Assembly (NCBI GenBank): GCA_964562525.1
Contig: CAZLTL010000010.1
Coordinates: 15,389-79,388, forward strand
DNA length: 64,000 nucleotides
Source of the DNA: an uncultured bacterium
Lineage (GTDB): Bacteria; Omnitrophota; Omnitrophia; Omnitrophales; Aquincolibacteriaceae
Direction: 5' to 3'
A program made the translations under genes and the position numbers. The stretch's first letter is position 1. Each line of letters begins with the position of its first letter. Below, in pieces: positions 29,365-38,486 of this stretch. Below the pieces are notes generated by a model, which did not search any database, was not told the origin of the DNA, and saw nothing but the letters and a program-made list of their open reading frames with translations.

Positions 29365-30197
29365 TGTCTTACACCGACTATTTTAAAAATGAATTGAAGC
29401 TGGTGAATGGATATCTTGAGCAGGAGTTGCCCGCTAAGACCCAATGTCCGCCGATGATTCATGAGGCTATGCGTTATGCGGTTCTCGGCGCGGGTAAGCG
29501 CTTCAGGCCTGTTTTGGCGTTAGCAACGGCCAAAGCTTGCGGAGGAAGTCCGAAATCAGCCCTTCCGGCGGCGGCAGCCCTGGAGCTGATACATGCCTAT
29601 TCATTGGTGCATGATGATTTGCCGGCGTTGGATAATGATGACTTTCGCCGCGGGCAGCCTTCTTGCCACAAAAAATACGGTGAAGCTATGGGGGTTTTGG
29701 CGGGGGATGGACTTTTGACCCTCGCTTTTGAATGGGTAGGCAGGATTAAGCCTGCTGAGGCTGCTATAAAGGCTTTGTCCGAGTTATCGACGGCTGCAGG
29801 AACATTTGGTATGATTGGCGGCCAAGTTGCGGATATTGCTGTCAAAGACCGGGACATGGCAATGCTGGATTACATCAGCATTCATAAAACGGGATGTCTT
29901 ATTCGGGCGGCGGCGGTGATCGGCGCTTTAAGCGCAGCGGCATCGGGTCCCGTATTGAAAAGCATTAAGAAGTACGGGGAATGCATTGGTTTGGCATTTC
30001 AAATCGCCGACGACATGAATGACTCGGACGGCTATATGAAAATGATTCCCATGGCGGATGCTGAGGAGCGAGTCAGGGATTTAATCGCGCAAGCTAAAAA
30101 AAACGTGCGTGGGCTTGGTAAGAAAGCCGACGGACTGATGTTTATTGCCAATGATTTAGTGGCCCGCATGGAATGCGATGCAGCCGCAGCCAAATAA
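29364..30197 (+). CDS. ispA: polyprenyl diphosphate synthase (farnesyl-diphosphate synthase type)
   Basis: First DDxxD motif LVHDDLPALDNDDFRRG and second FQIADDMND; classic xseB-ispA-dxs order. Confidence 0.85.
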   Translation: MSYTDYFKNELKLVNGYLEQELPAKTQCPPMIHEAMRYAVLGAGKRFRPVLALATAKACGGSPKSALPAAAALELIHAYSLVHDDLPALDNDDFRRGQPSCHKKYGEAMGVLAGDGLLTLAFEWVGRIKPAEAAIKALSELSTAAGTFGMIGGQVADIAVKDRDMAMLDYISIHKTGCLIRAAAVIGALSAAASGPVLKSIKKYGECIGLAFQIADDMNDSDGYMKMIPMADAEERVRDLIAQAKKNVRGLGKKADGLMFIANDLVARMECDAAAAK

Positions 30198-30248
30198 AAA
30201 GAAAAGTATGATGTATAAATTTATCGAACAAATCGGTAATGTCTTTGC

Positions 30249-30273
30249 CTCTGCGCAAAATGCGCAACCGGCA
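30249..30273 (+). promoter_or_regulatory. conserved hairpin motif CTCTGCGC-AAAA-TGCGCAACCGGCA, 14 nt upstream of the dxs start
   Basis: One of four copies of CTCTGCGCC-N3-4-GGCGCAACCG(G)CA in this window (25093, 30249, 32221, 39737). Stem conserved, loop variable. Confidence 0.5.
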
Positions 30274-30287
30274 ATCTAAAAATTTCT

Positions 30288-32195
30288 ATGTATAAGTTTA
30301 TCCAAAATATTAACTCTCCTGAAGATTTGAAGAAGATTCCTCTGGAGAAGCTTCCTGAAGTCGCGGAAGAGTACCGCCACTTTTTGATTGAAACAGTTTC
30401 CAAGACCGGCGGACACTTGGGCGCAAGTCTCGGCGCGTTAGAACTGAATATGGCGCTGCATTATGTCCTCGAATCGCCACAAGATAAAATTTGCTGGGAT
30501 GTCGGACATCAGGCTTATGTGCATAAATTGATTACCGGCCGCCGTGACCGTTTTTCTACTCTGCGTAAGACAGAGGGGATTAGCGGATTTCCTTCACCGT
30601 TTGAAAATGAACATGATCATTTTATTGTCGGTCATGCCGGAACTGCGATTGCTCAGGCTGTGGGACTTGCCGCGGCGCGTGATCATCTTAAGACCCATGA
30701 AAAAGTAGTTGCGGTGGTCGGTGACGGAGCCATGACAGCGGGGCTTTCTTATGAAGCCTTGAATAACGCGGGGCATCTCAAAAAAGAAATGCTCATTGTT
30801 TTAAATGACAATGAAATGTCGATCGCGAAAAATGTCGGTGCGATCAGCAAGTATTTGAATAAGGTTATTACGAACCCTGTTTATAACCGCATTCGTTCGG
30901 ATGTGGAGCATCAGCTTGATAAATTTCCGCGTTTACGCAAACTCGCCGCGCAGTCACTTGAAAGCATGAAGCATCTTTTTGTTCCGGGTATTTTATTTGA
31001 AGAATTGGGGTTCCGGTATTTTGGTCCTGTGGACGGTAATGATGTCGTTGGGTTAGTTCAGACTTTGCGACATGTTTTACCGCTGAAAGAGTGCGCGCTT
31101 TTACACATCATTACCAAAAAAGGAAATGGATGTCCTTATGCCGAACAAGATGTTGAAAAAGGGCATGGTGTCACGCCGTTTAACACGAAAACAGGCGAAA
31201 AGATTTTAAGTGTCTCCGAAAAAGCAGCGGTAGGGCAAATCAGCTATACCAAGGCCTTTGCGAATGCGTTATCCGAAGTCGCGCGCAAAGATCCAAAGGT
31301 GATTGCAATTACCGCGGCCATGCCTACGGGCACCGGCTTAAATGAGTTTCAAAAAGAATTTCCGGACCGTCTTTATGATGTGGGTATCGCAGAACAGCAT
31401 GCCGTGACTTTTGCCGGCGCTTTATCCAAAGCCGGGCTGAAGCCGGTTTGCGCGATTTACTCCACTTTTTTACAGCGGTCGCAAGATCAGATTTTGCATG
31501 ATGTCGCTTTACAAAGACAGCGTACTGTTCTTGCCATGGACCGCGCCGGGTTGGTGGGTGCGGACGGAGCAACGCATAACGGAGTTTTTGATATCAGTTA
31601 TTTAGGCCATGTTCCCAATGTCGTGATTGCGGCGCCGATTAACGCTTACGAAATGAAGCAAATGTTGGAGATGGGTGTCGAGTATCCGCACACTTTTGCA
31701 ATACGTTATCCGCGCGGTAACATTCCTGTTTCGCATGCGGCTGTTCCTCAGGAGAAATTTGAAATCGGCAAAGGTCAAATTTTGTCGGAAGGCAAAGATG
31801 GAACTCTTTTAGCTTTGGGCAGTATGGTGGAGATTGCGCTGCAGGTTCGCGATTTACTCAAAGCTTCGGGCGTGCAAGTGCGTGTGGTGAATATGCGTTT
31901 TGCAAAGCCTTTGGACGGCGCCTTGATTTTAGACAGTTTGGATAAATCAAAATATCTTTTTACTTTGGAAGAGCATGTGCTCGCCGGCGGATTCGGCGCA
32001 AAGGTGTTGGAATTTTTGGAACGCAATCAAAAAGATGATGCCGTTGTTCGCCGCTTTGCTTTACCGGATGAATTTATTGAGCAGGGTGACCGTGATTATC
32101 ATTATGAACGGATTGGGCTTTCTCCCGAAAAAATTACTGCTTCCATTCTTCAGACTTTGAATTCATCTTCCCATACTCAGCCCCTTGTCCGCTGA
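30288..32195 (+). CDS. dxs: 1-deoxy-D-xylulose-5-phosphate synthase
   Basis: 635 aa; TPP-binding GGHLGASLGALEL and GDGAMTAG motifs; transketolase-like C-terminal domains. Confidence 0.95.
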   Translation: MYKFIQNINSPEDLKKIPLEKLPEVAEEYRHFLIETVSKTGGHLGASLGALELNMALHYVLESPQDKICWDVGHQAYVHKLITGRRDRFSTLRKTEGISGFPSPFENEHDHFIVGHAGTAIAQAVGLAAARDHLKTHEKVVAVVGDGAMTAGLSYEALNNAGHLKKEMLIVLNDNEMSIAKNVGAISKYLNKVITNPVYNRIRSDVEHQLDKFPRLRKLAAQSLESMKHLFVPGILFEELGFRYFGPVDGNDVVGLVQTLRHVLPLKECALLHIITKKGNGCPYAEQDVEKGHGVTPFNTKTGEKILSVSEKAAVGQISYTKAFANALSEVARKDPKVIAITAAMPTGTGLNEFQKEFPDRLYDVGIAEQHAVTFAGALSKAGLKPVCAIYSTFLQRSQDQILHDVALQRQRTVLAMDRAGLVGADGATHNGVFDISYLGHVPNVVIAAPINAYEMKQMLEMGVEYPHTFAIRYPRGNIPVSHAAVPQEKFEIGKGQILSEGKDGTLLALGSMVEIALQVRDLLKASGVQVRVVNMRFAKPLDGALILDSLDKSKYLFTLEEHVLAGGFGAKVLEFLERNQKDDAVVRRFALPDEFIEQGDRDYHYERIGLSPEKITASILQTLNSSSHTQPLVR

Positions 32196-32220
32196 CATGT
32201 GTTCCTTCCTTTTTTTTAGC

Positions 32221-32245
32221 CTCTGCGCCATCGGCGCAACCGGCA
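32221..32245 (+). promoter_or_regulatory. conserved hairpin motif CTCTGCGCC-ATC-GGCGCAACCGGCA, 22 nt upstream of the nadK start
   Basis: Same motif family as 30249-30273; the flanks are conserved as well as the stem. Confidence 0.5.
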
Positions 32246-32267
32246 AAAGCACAGTGCTTATCCAATT

Positions 32268-33140
32268 ATGAAAAATTTAAAAATAAAGACGGTAGCTCTC
32301 TTCGTCAATAAGCAGAAAACCGGCGCGGCGGGGTTAAGCGGCCAAATTCAGACCTTCCTTGAAAAGCAAAAGATTAAAGTCAAAAGCTCCATTGATTGTG
32401 ATGCCCAGACCTGCCTTCAGAATGCTGATTTGGCGGTGAGCCTGGGCGGTGACGGAACTATTTTAGCTTTAGCGCGCGAAATGAAAAAACGCTCCGTACC
32501 TGTTTTGGGAATTAATTTAGGGCGGTTAGGTTTTTTAACTGAAGTGCGTCCGGCTGAAATGATCCAGGAATTGAAAGCTTGTTTGGCCGGCGAACTTAAA
32601 ATTGAAAAGCGGATGATGTTGGAATGCCGCTTACAAAGCAAAAAACATCAGGTTGATCGCAAACTTGTCGCCTTAAACGATATGGTAATCAGCCGCGAGG
32701 GCGTTTCCCGTTTAGCCGCGATTGATATTTTGGTTTCAGGCAAAACTTTGGCTGCGTTTCGTGGAGATGGGGTGATTCTTGCGACTCCGACAGGGTCGAC
32801 GGCCTATTCTCTTTCCGCCGGTGGGGCGGTGGTGCATCCCGAAGTGGATTCAATCATGATTACGCCGATTTGTCCGCATGCTTCGAGTATGCATCCGACC
32901 ATTATTCCCGCGAATGAGAAAATCGCCATCGCGATCCGCCGAGAAAGACGCGATGCAAAAGCCGTTCTCACCGCCGATGGTCAAGAAATTGTAGAAGTGG
33001 ACGATAGTTTTAGTATCGAGGTGACGCGCTTTAAATTGCCTTTCAGGCTGGTTAAAAGCAGTCACCGGAATTATTACGAAACGATTAGAAAACATTTACA
33101 CTTTTCGAGTATTCACCATGGCACGACTCCTGATTATTGA
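32268..33140 (+). CDS. nadK: NAD(+) kinase
   Basis: GGDGTILALAREM and NDMVISREGVSRLAAID; the PTGSTAYSLSAGG motif is diagnostic for NadK. Confidence 0.9.
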   Translation: MKNLKIKTVALFVNKQKTGAAGLSGQIQTFLEKQKIKVKSSIDCDAQTCLQNADLAVSLGGDGTILALAREMKKRSVPVLGINLGRLGFLTEVRPAEMIQELKACLAGELKIEKRMMLECRLQSKKHQVDRKLVALNDMVISREGVSRLAAIDILVSGKTLAAFRGDGVILATPTGSTAYSLSAGGAVVHPEVDSIMITPICPHASSMHPTIIPANEKIAIAIRRERRDAKAVLTADGQEIVEVDDSFSIEVTRFKLPFRLVKSSHRNYYETIRKHLHFSSIHHGTTPDY

Positions 33141-33489
33141 TGACGAAAAAATGATTTGCCAAGAATTCTGCGAAACAATGAATGAAATGGGGCATCAAAC
33201 CGATTTTGCTTTGAACGGCGATGATGCTTTAAGAAAAATCGAAGCCACTCCTTATCAGCTTGTTTTTTTGGATCTTTCTATGCCGCGCATGAATGGAGCG
33301 GATGTGTATAAGAAGATTCTGGAAGTACGGCGTGTACCCGTCACTTTTATGACTGGATTTATGTCGCCTGCCACCGAAAGGGAAGTGATGTCGATGGGAG
33401 CTTTGCGTTGTTTGCGTAAACCCGTGGATCTTTCCGAAGTGGTGCATTTGATCGACCGCCTTGATTCGTTCGATTCTCAGGTTAATTAA
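33118..33489 (+). CDS. single-domain response regulator (CheY-like receiver)
   Basis: LLIIDDE...LVFLDLSMPRMNG... receiver-domain acidic pocket and phospho-acceptor Asp context; 123 aa, no output domain. Confidence 0.8.
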   Translation: MARLLIIDDEKMICQEFCETMNEMGHQTDFALNGDDALRKIEATPYQLVFLDLSMPRMNGADVYKKILEVRRVPVTFMTGFMSPATEREVMSMGALRCLRKPVDLSEVVHLIDRLDSFDSQVN

Positions 33490-33502
33490 GAGCGTTTTCT
33501 CC

Positions 33503-34861
33503 ATGTCCTCAACTCCCTTACCTCCGGCACCTATTTGCGTTCGTTTTGCGCCTTCACCGACGGGACGTTTGCATATCGGCGGAGTCCGTACGGCACTTTT
33601 TAATTATCTTTATGCTCGTCAGCAAGGCGGAAAATTTGTCCTGCGAATTGAGGACACTGACCGCGAAAGATCCGAGAAACAATACGAAGACGAAATTCTT
33701 TTTTCCATGCGCTGGCTGGGTTTGGAATGGGACGGGGAACCGATTCGCCAAAGCGAAAGATTGCCCCGTTATCAAGAAGCCGCCGCGGAATTAATCGCTA
33801 AAGGGTTAGCTTACGAGTCTATTGAAGAAGGCAAGAAGGCTGTGCGCTTTCGTATGCCAAAGCAGATAGTGAAATTTAAAGACAGTGTCCATGATGACGT
33901 GTCGTTTGATTCTTCGCTTTGGGAAGATTTAGTGATTATGAAATCCGACGGCTATCCCACTTATCATTTTGCCGTGGTTGTGGATGATCATGATATGGGA
34001 ATTACGCATGTGATCCGCGGCGACGACCACCTTACCAATACGCCCAAACACATTCTGCTTTATCTTGCCTTCGGCTGGAAACCGCCCAAATATGCGCATT
34101 TGCCTTTGATTATGGGCACGGATGGAACCCCGCTCTCCAAGCGCCATGGCGCGGTGGCGGCATCGGATTACCGCGAGCAAGGGTATTTGGCGCAAGCCAC
34201 GCTCAATTATCTGGCGCTTTTGGGTTGGGGGCCCGAGGGCAATGAAGAAATTTTTAATTTGCCGCAATTGGTTAAAAAGTTTTCGCTGAAAAGAATTACC
34301 AAATCAAACTCCCGTTTTAATCCCGAAAAATTTTTGTGGCTGAACAGCCAGCATCTGAAAAATATGCCTGATGATGAATACGCCCGCGGAATGACTGAAT
34401 ACTGGGCGGAGCGAAATATTTCTTCCTCTGCGGCTTCGCCGCAACCGGGTTGGACTAAGCATCCCAACTGGGATAAAATTTTAAAGCTGTATAAGACGCG
34501 CGCGCGCAATTGGAAGGACTTGGAAGTTCAGGCGGGCTATGTTTTTCAAAAAGATTTAGATCTTGATCCGGTCATTTGTTCTGAAATGACCGCGGATGCG
34601 CATGCTGTGGCGGGGGTGAAGGCTTGGGCGGAAAAAGCTCAGGGCATGAGTTTTGACGATCCAATGAAGCTTGAGCAAATGACGCGGGAATTAGCCGAAA
34701 GTTTAGGCGTGAAACCGGCGGTGTTGATTCATCCCTTACGGTTTGCTGTTTCAGGCACGAAGGTCACCCCGGGATTGTTTGAGCTGATGCAGGTGATTGG
34801 TAAAGAAACATGTTTGAACCGAATTCAAATTTTACTTGGGAAAGCTTCCCAAACCGCCTAA
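33503..34861 (+). CDS. gltX: glutamate--tRNA ligase
   Basis: RFAPSPTGRLHIGGVRTAL (HIGH) and LSKRHG (KMSKS-like). ORF track opens at 33461; the ATG at 33503 (MSSTPLPP) is the likelier start. Confidence 0.9.
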   Translation: MSSTPLPPAPICVRFAPSPTGRLHIGGVRTALFNYLYARQQGGKFVLRIEDTDRERSEKQYEDEILFSMRWLGLEWDGEPIRQSERLPRYQEAAAELIAKGLAYESIEEGKKAVRFRMPKQIVKFKDSVHDDVSFDSSLWEDLVIMKSDGYPTYHFAVVVDDHDMGITHVIRGDDHLTNTPKHILLYLAFGWKPPKYAHLPLIMGTDGTPLSKRHGAVAASDYREQGYLAQATLNYLALLGWGPEGNEEIFNLPQLVKKFSLKRITKSNSRFNPEKFLWLNSQHLKNMPDDEYARGMTEYWAERNISSSAASPQPGWTKHPNWDKILKLYKTRARNWKDLEVQAGYVFQKDLDLDPVICSEMTADAHAVAGVKAWAEKAQGMSFDDPMKLEQMTRELAESLGVKPAVLIHPLRFAVSGTKVTPGLFELMQVIGKETCLNRIQILLGKASQTA

Positions 34862-34942
34862 ATCTTAGGCTTGTTCCCGCATCTCCGTGCCGATATAATC
34901 TCCAACTTTCCGGAACTCATTTTTTAAGAGGTTTGACCATAT

Positions 34943-35824
34943 ATGATTCGCAGCATGACTTGTTTTTCACGGGGAAGCCGCAGCTTTGCTGGCCGTAATT
35001 GGAATTTTGAGCTCAAGTCAGTTAATCAAAAATATTTTGAGCTTGCATTAAGACTTCCGCAGATTTTAACTCCTTATGAGAATGACATCCGCAATTTAGT
35101 ACATGCTTCGATTGAACGGGGTAAGGTTACGTTAACGATGTCCGACTCTGAAGAGCCCACGGGCGAAGTGAAACAGGTATTGAACCAAAACCAGATAGAT
35201 TATTATCTTTCCGTTTCAGATAAGCTGCGCAAAGAGCATGGTCTGACCGGAGAACTGCAAGTGAATGATTTGCTCCGATTGCCCGGGACGATTCATGACG
35301 CGGCGTCCGAGGCAAAAAAAGTGGAATGGAAAGAGCTTGAGAAAGCTTTGCAGAGCTTGCTCAAAGAAGCATTGGCGAACCGTGAAGAGGAAGGAAAGCG
35401 TTTGGCTGCGGATATCTCGGAACGCTTGGCTATAATTCAAAAGCTTGCGGTTAAAATTGAAACTGCCGCGAAGAAAAATGTCCGGCATTCGTTTGAAAAT
35501 TTAAAAAAGCGCATGGTTGAAATCTTGCGCGAAAGCGGAGCTACCGCTGATCCCGACCGGATTTACCGTGAAGCCGCAATTGTGGCGGAGCGCAGTGATA
35601 TTACGGAGGAAGTGGTTCGCATGAAAAGCCACTTGGCTCTCTTCTTGGGTAAAATGAAATTGGCTTCAGCGGTTGGCCGTTCGCTTGATTTTATTTGTCA
35701 GGAGATGCACCGCGAGGCGAACACGATGGGTTCTAAGGCGCAGCTGTTTGAGATTTCCAAAGAAGTGATTCAGCTGAAATCCGAAATCGAAAAAATTCGC
35801 GAACAGGTACAAAACATTGAGTAA
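34943..35824 (+). CDS. yicC: YicC-family stress-induced protein (UPF0701)
   Basis: MIRSMTCFSRGS... N-terminus and C-terminal DUF1732-like region; conserved yicC-gmk-rpoZ order. Confidence 0.8.
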   Translation: MIRSMTCFSRGSRSFAGRNWNFELKSVNQKYFELALRLPQILTPYENDIRNLVHASIERGKVTLTMSDSEEPTGEVKQVLNQNQIDYYLSVSDKLRKEHGLTGELQVNDLLRLPGTIHDAASEAKKVEWKELEKALQSLLKEALANREEEGKRLAADISERLAIIQKLAVKIETAAKKNVRHSFENLKKRMVEILRESGATADPDRIYREAAIVAERSDITEEVVRMKSHLALFLGKMKLASAVGRSLDFICQEMHREANTMGSKAQLFEISKEVIQLKSEIEKIREQVQNIE

Positions 35825-36386
35825 AGGTTTGGCAGTTATCATTTCGTCACCCTCCGGCGGCGGAAAAACGACCGTGGTGGATGAGCTTTTAAAAAAGCAT
35901 TCGGATTGGATGCGTTCGATTTCTATGACGACGCGGGCTCCGCGAGCGGGGGAAGTGCATGGGCGCGATTATTTTTTTTCAACTAGCAAAGACTTTGATG
36001 ATCTTAAAGAGCGCGGAGGATTGCTGGAAAGCGCCCAGGTTCATTTGAACCAATACGGTACACCTAGGGCGTTCGTAGAAGAAAAAGTTAGCGCCGGGCA
36101 TGTGGTTTTTTTGACCGTGGATGTGCAGGGCGCCGATAAAATTAAGCGGGTTTGGCAGGGGAAAGATGGCTTAATCAGCATTTTTATCATGCCTTTATCC
36201 GTGGATGTGCTCCGGCAAAGGCTTTTAAGGCGCAATACAGAGAAACCTGAGCAAATTGAGGTGCGTTTGGCCGCCGCCGAGCAGGAAATGAAACAGGCTC
36301 CACATTATGACTTTACCGTGTATAATCATGACCTTGAACAAACTGTGGCGGATATCGAACGGATTATCCTGCAGAAACTGAAATAA
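35817..36386 (+). CDS. gmk: guanylate kinase
   Basis: P-loop SPSGGGKTT and SISMTTRAPRAGEVHGRDYFF GMP-binding motif. Confidence 0.9.
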   Translation: MSKGLAVIISSPSGGGKTTVVDELLKKHSDWMRSISMTTRAPRAGEVHGRDYFFSTSKDFDDLKERGGLLESAQVHLNQYGTPRAFVEEKVSAGHVVFLTVDVQGADKIKRVWQGKDGLISIFIMPLSVDVLRQRLLRRNTEKPEQIEVRLAAAEQEMKQAPHYDFTVYNHDLEQTVADIERIILQKLK

Positions 36387-36396
36387 GGAGTAACGA

Positions 36397-36618
36397 ATGA
36401 CTTACGTGCCTCTCGAAAAGTTGCTGGCTAAAAAAGATTCCAGCGTATTTAAGACCGCTTTGCTTGCCGCGCAGCGCGCGAATGAACTTGCTTGCGGAGC
36501 TCAGCCTTTAACTCAGGCTTCTACGACCAAGGTTTCCACGATTGCTCTCGAAGAAATCGCGCATAACCGCGTTTGGTATGTTGAAGAACCCGTTGCAAAG
36601 GGCAAAGACTCTGAGTAA
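36397..36618 (+). CDS. rpoZ: DNA-directed RNA polymerase subunit omega
   Basis: 73 aa, KTALLAAQRANEL core motif; follows gmk. Confidence 0.8.
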   Translation: MTYVPLEKLLAKKDSSVFKTALLAAQRANELACGAQPLTQASTTKVSTIALEEIAHNRVWYVEEPVAKGKDSE

Positions 36619-37159
36619 GAAGAAAGTCGTCCACATCCTTTCGGGGAGCATTGCCGCGTATAAGGCCCCCGAAATCAGCGAACGTCTGCGGCAGTCCGGT
36701 TTGGATGTAACCTGTGTTCTGACCGCAGCGGCTAAGAAGTTTGTTACTGTCGACACATTACGCGCTTTGAGCGGTAATCCGGTTTATGATGACATGTGGC
36801 TGCTGAATTCGCCTCATGATGTTCTGCATACGGCACTTGCCGATTCCGCGGATTTAATCCTTGTTGCTCCGGCATCGGCGGATTTTCTGGCGCGAGCTTC
36901 AAACGGAATGGCGAATGATTTAGCGGCCTGTGTTTTGCTTGCTTCCCAAGCCCCTGTATGGTGGGTTCCGGCGATGAATGACAATATGTACAAAAATCCG
37001 CTGACCCAAGCCAATATCGAGAAACTCAAGAAAGCCGGTCATCATTTTATTGCTCCCGTTGAAGGTTATTTAGCTTGCGGCAGAACTGCCATCGGACACA
37101 TCGCTGATACTGACACGATTGTGAAGTCCGTAACTCAAGCTTTAGCTGCAGGAAAATAA
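36581..37159 (+). CDS. coaC: phosphopantothenoylcysteine decarboxylase (CoaC flavoprotein), encoded separately from CoaB
   Basis: KKVVHILSGSIAAYKAPEISERL matches the Dfp N-terminal flavin-binding motif (KKIxLGVxGGIAAYK). Start chosen at ATG 36581 (MLKNPLQRAKTLSKKK...); ORF track frame opens at 36542. Confidence 0.75.
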   Translation: MKNPLQRAKTLSKKKVVHILSGSIAAYKAPEISERLRQSGLDVTCVLTAAAKKFVTVDTLRALSGNPVYDDMWLLNSPHDVLHTALADSADLILVAPASADFLARASNGMANDLAACVLLASQAPVWWVPAMNDNMYKNPLTQANIEKLKKAGHHFIAPVEGYLACGRTAIGHIADTDTIVKSVTQALAAGK

Positions 37160-37168
37160 GAGATTTTC

Positions 37169-37867
37169 GTGAAATCCTCGCGATTGCGCACGGCGCAACA
37201 TTCTTCCAATAATAAAATCAAAAAACTTTTGATTACCGCGGGTCCTACCCGTGAAATGCTCGATCCCGTGCGTTTTATTTCCAATCTTTCGACGGGTGAA
37301 TTAGGTTACAAACTTGCCCGGCTTGCGGTGAAAAAAGGTTACGACGTTACTTTGATCAGCGGGCCTACGGCTTTGAAGCCTATTGCCGGTGCGAAGCATG
37401 TCGCGGTTGTAAGTTCCGAGGATATGCGCGTTGCTTGTCTGAAGCATTTTAAAGACAGTGATGCTCTGATTATGACCGCGGCGGTTGCTGATTTTACGCC
37501 CGCGCACCGCGAGCGCCAAAAAATCAAGCGGCGTGAAACGCAATCGGTTGTTTTAAAAAGAACCAAAGATATTTTGGCGGAGTTGGGACCGATCAAAGGG
37601 AGTCGGCTTGTGATTGGATTTTGTTTAGAAACCGAGAAGTGGCTGGAGTATGCCAAGTTAAAGCTTCTTAAGAAAAAAATGACCGGCATCGTGGCGAATT
37701 ACTACGAACCCGGAAAAGTTTGCCCTTTTGGACATAACCCGATGACTTCGGTTTTTATGGACTCGGATCTTCGTACCCGTAAGCACTCGAATCTCTCAAA
37801 GTTGAGCATGGCCAAGAAGATATTGAGTTGGATGGAAGAGCTATCTGCCGCGCAAAAAAATCTTTGA
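37169..37867 (+). CDS. coaB: phosphopantothenate--cysteine ligase (CoaB), separate ORF
   Basis: LLITAGPTREMLDPVRFISNLSTGELGYKLA matches the CoaB domain of Dfp; GTG start 9 nt after the coaC stop. Confidence 0.8.
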   Translation: MKSSRLRTAQHSSNNKIKKLLITAGPTREMLDPVRFISNLSTGELGYKLARLAVKKGYDVTLISGPTALKPIAGAKHVAVVSSEDMRVACLKHFKDSDALIMTAAVADFTPAHRERQKIKRRETQSVVLKRTKDILAELGPIKGSRLVIGFCLETEKWLEYAKLKLLKKKMTGIVANYYEPGKVCPFGHNPMTSVFMDSDLRTRKHSNLSKLSMAKKILSWMEELSAAQKNL

Positions 37868-38003
37868 TTTTCAAAGCTGACCTTATATCATAATCCCGAT
37901 TTTGGCAACCTTTTGAGTTGTTGCCGTCTCATTTTATGTGAATAAAAAGCCCGGGGCTTTTCGTCTTAATAGCAGAGTTTATTTTTAACGGAGGTTAAAG
38001 AGT

Positions 38004-38474
38004 ATGCGTGTTTATCAGAAATCATTAAGTTTGCTTTTTGCCGGTGTTTTGCTTTTTAGTGGCTGCGCCACGGAATCAGGCGGAATCACAGAACGTGAAT
38101 CAGGTGCTTTATTGGGTGCCGGATTGGGTGCCGGTCTTGGTGCTTTGGCCGGAGCCGCAACGGGTAATGCCGGTGTGGGAACCGCGATTGGCGCGGGTGC
38201 GGGTGCTTTGACAGGTGCGATCGCGGGTGAAGCGGCGCGGCGTCAAAAAGAAAATACTAAACGCGAAATTCGTCAGGAAATGATGCAGCAGCAGTATCAG
38301 CCGCAGTATGCGCCGCAAGCTTACCAGCAACCTGTTCAGCAGCAGCCGGTTTATAACCAAACTGCGCAGGCACCTGAGCTTCACACGAAGTATAATCCGC
38401 GGACAGGTCAGACTTTCCCCGGTAGTTTTACTTTTGACCCTGCGACGGGTGAGCAGCTCAAGAATCTTCAGTAA
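38004..38474 (+). CDS. lipoprotein with glycine-zipper domain and Q/P-rich C-terminus
   Basis: Lipobox LLFSGC; GAGLGAGLGALAGAATGNAGVGTAIGAGAGALTGAIAG glycine zipper; QQQYQPQYAPQAYQQPVQQQPVY low-complexity tail. Confidence 0.5.
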   Translation: MRVYQKSLSLLFAGVLLFSGCATESGGITERESGALLGAGLGAGLGALAGAATGNAGVGTAIGAGAGALTGAIAGEAARRQKENTKREIRQEMMQQQYQPQYAPQAYQQPVQQQPVYNQTAQAPELHTKYNPRTGQTFPGSFTFDPATGEQLKNLQ

Positions 38475-38486
38475 GTTCGGTCCTTT

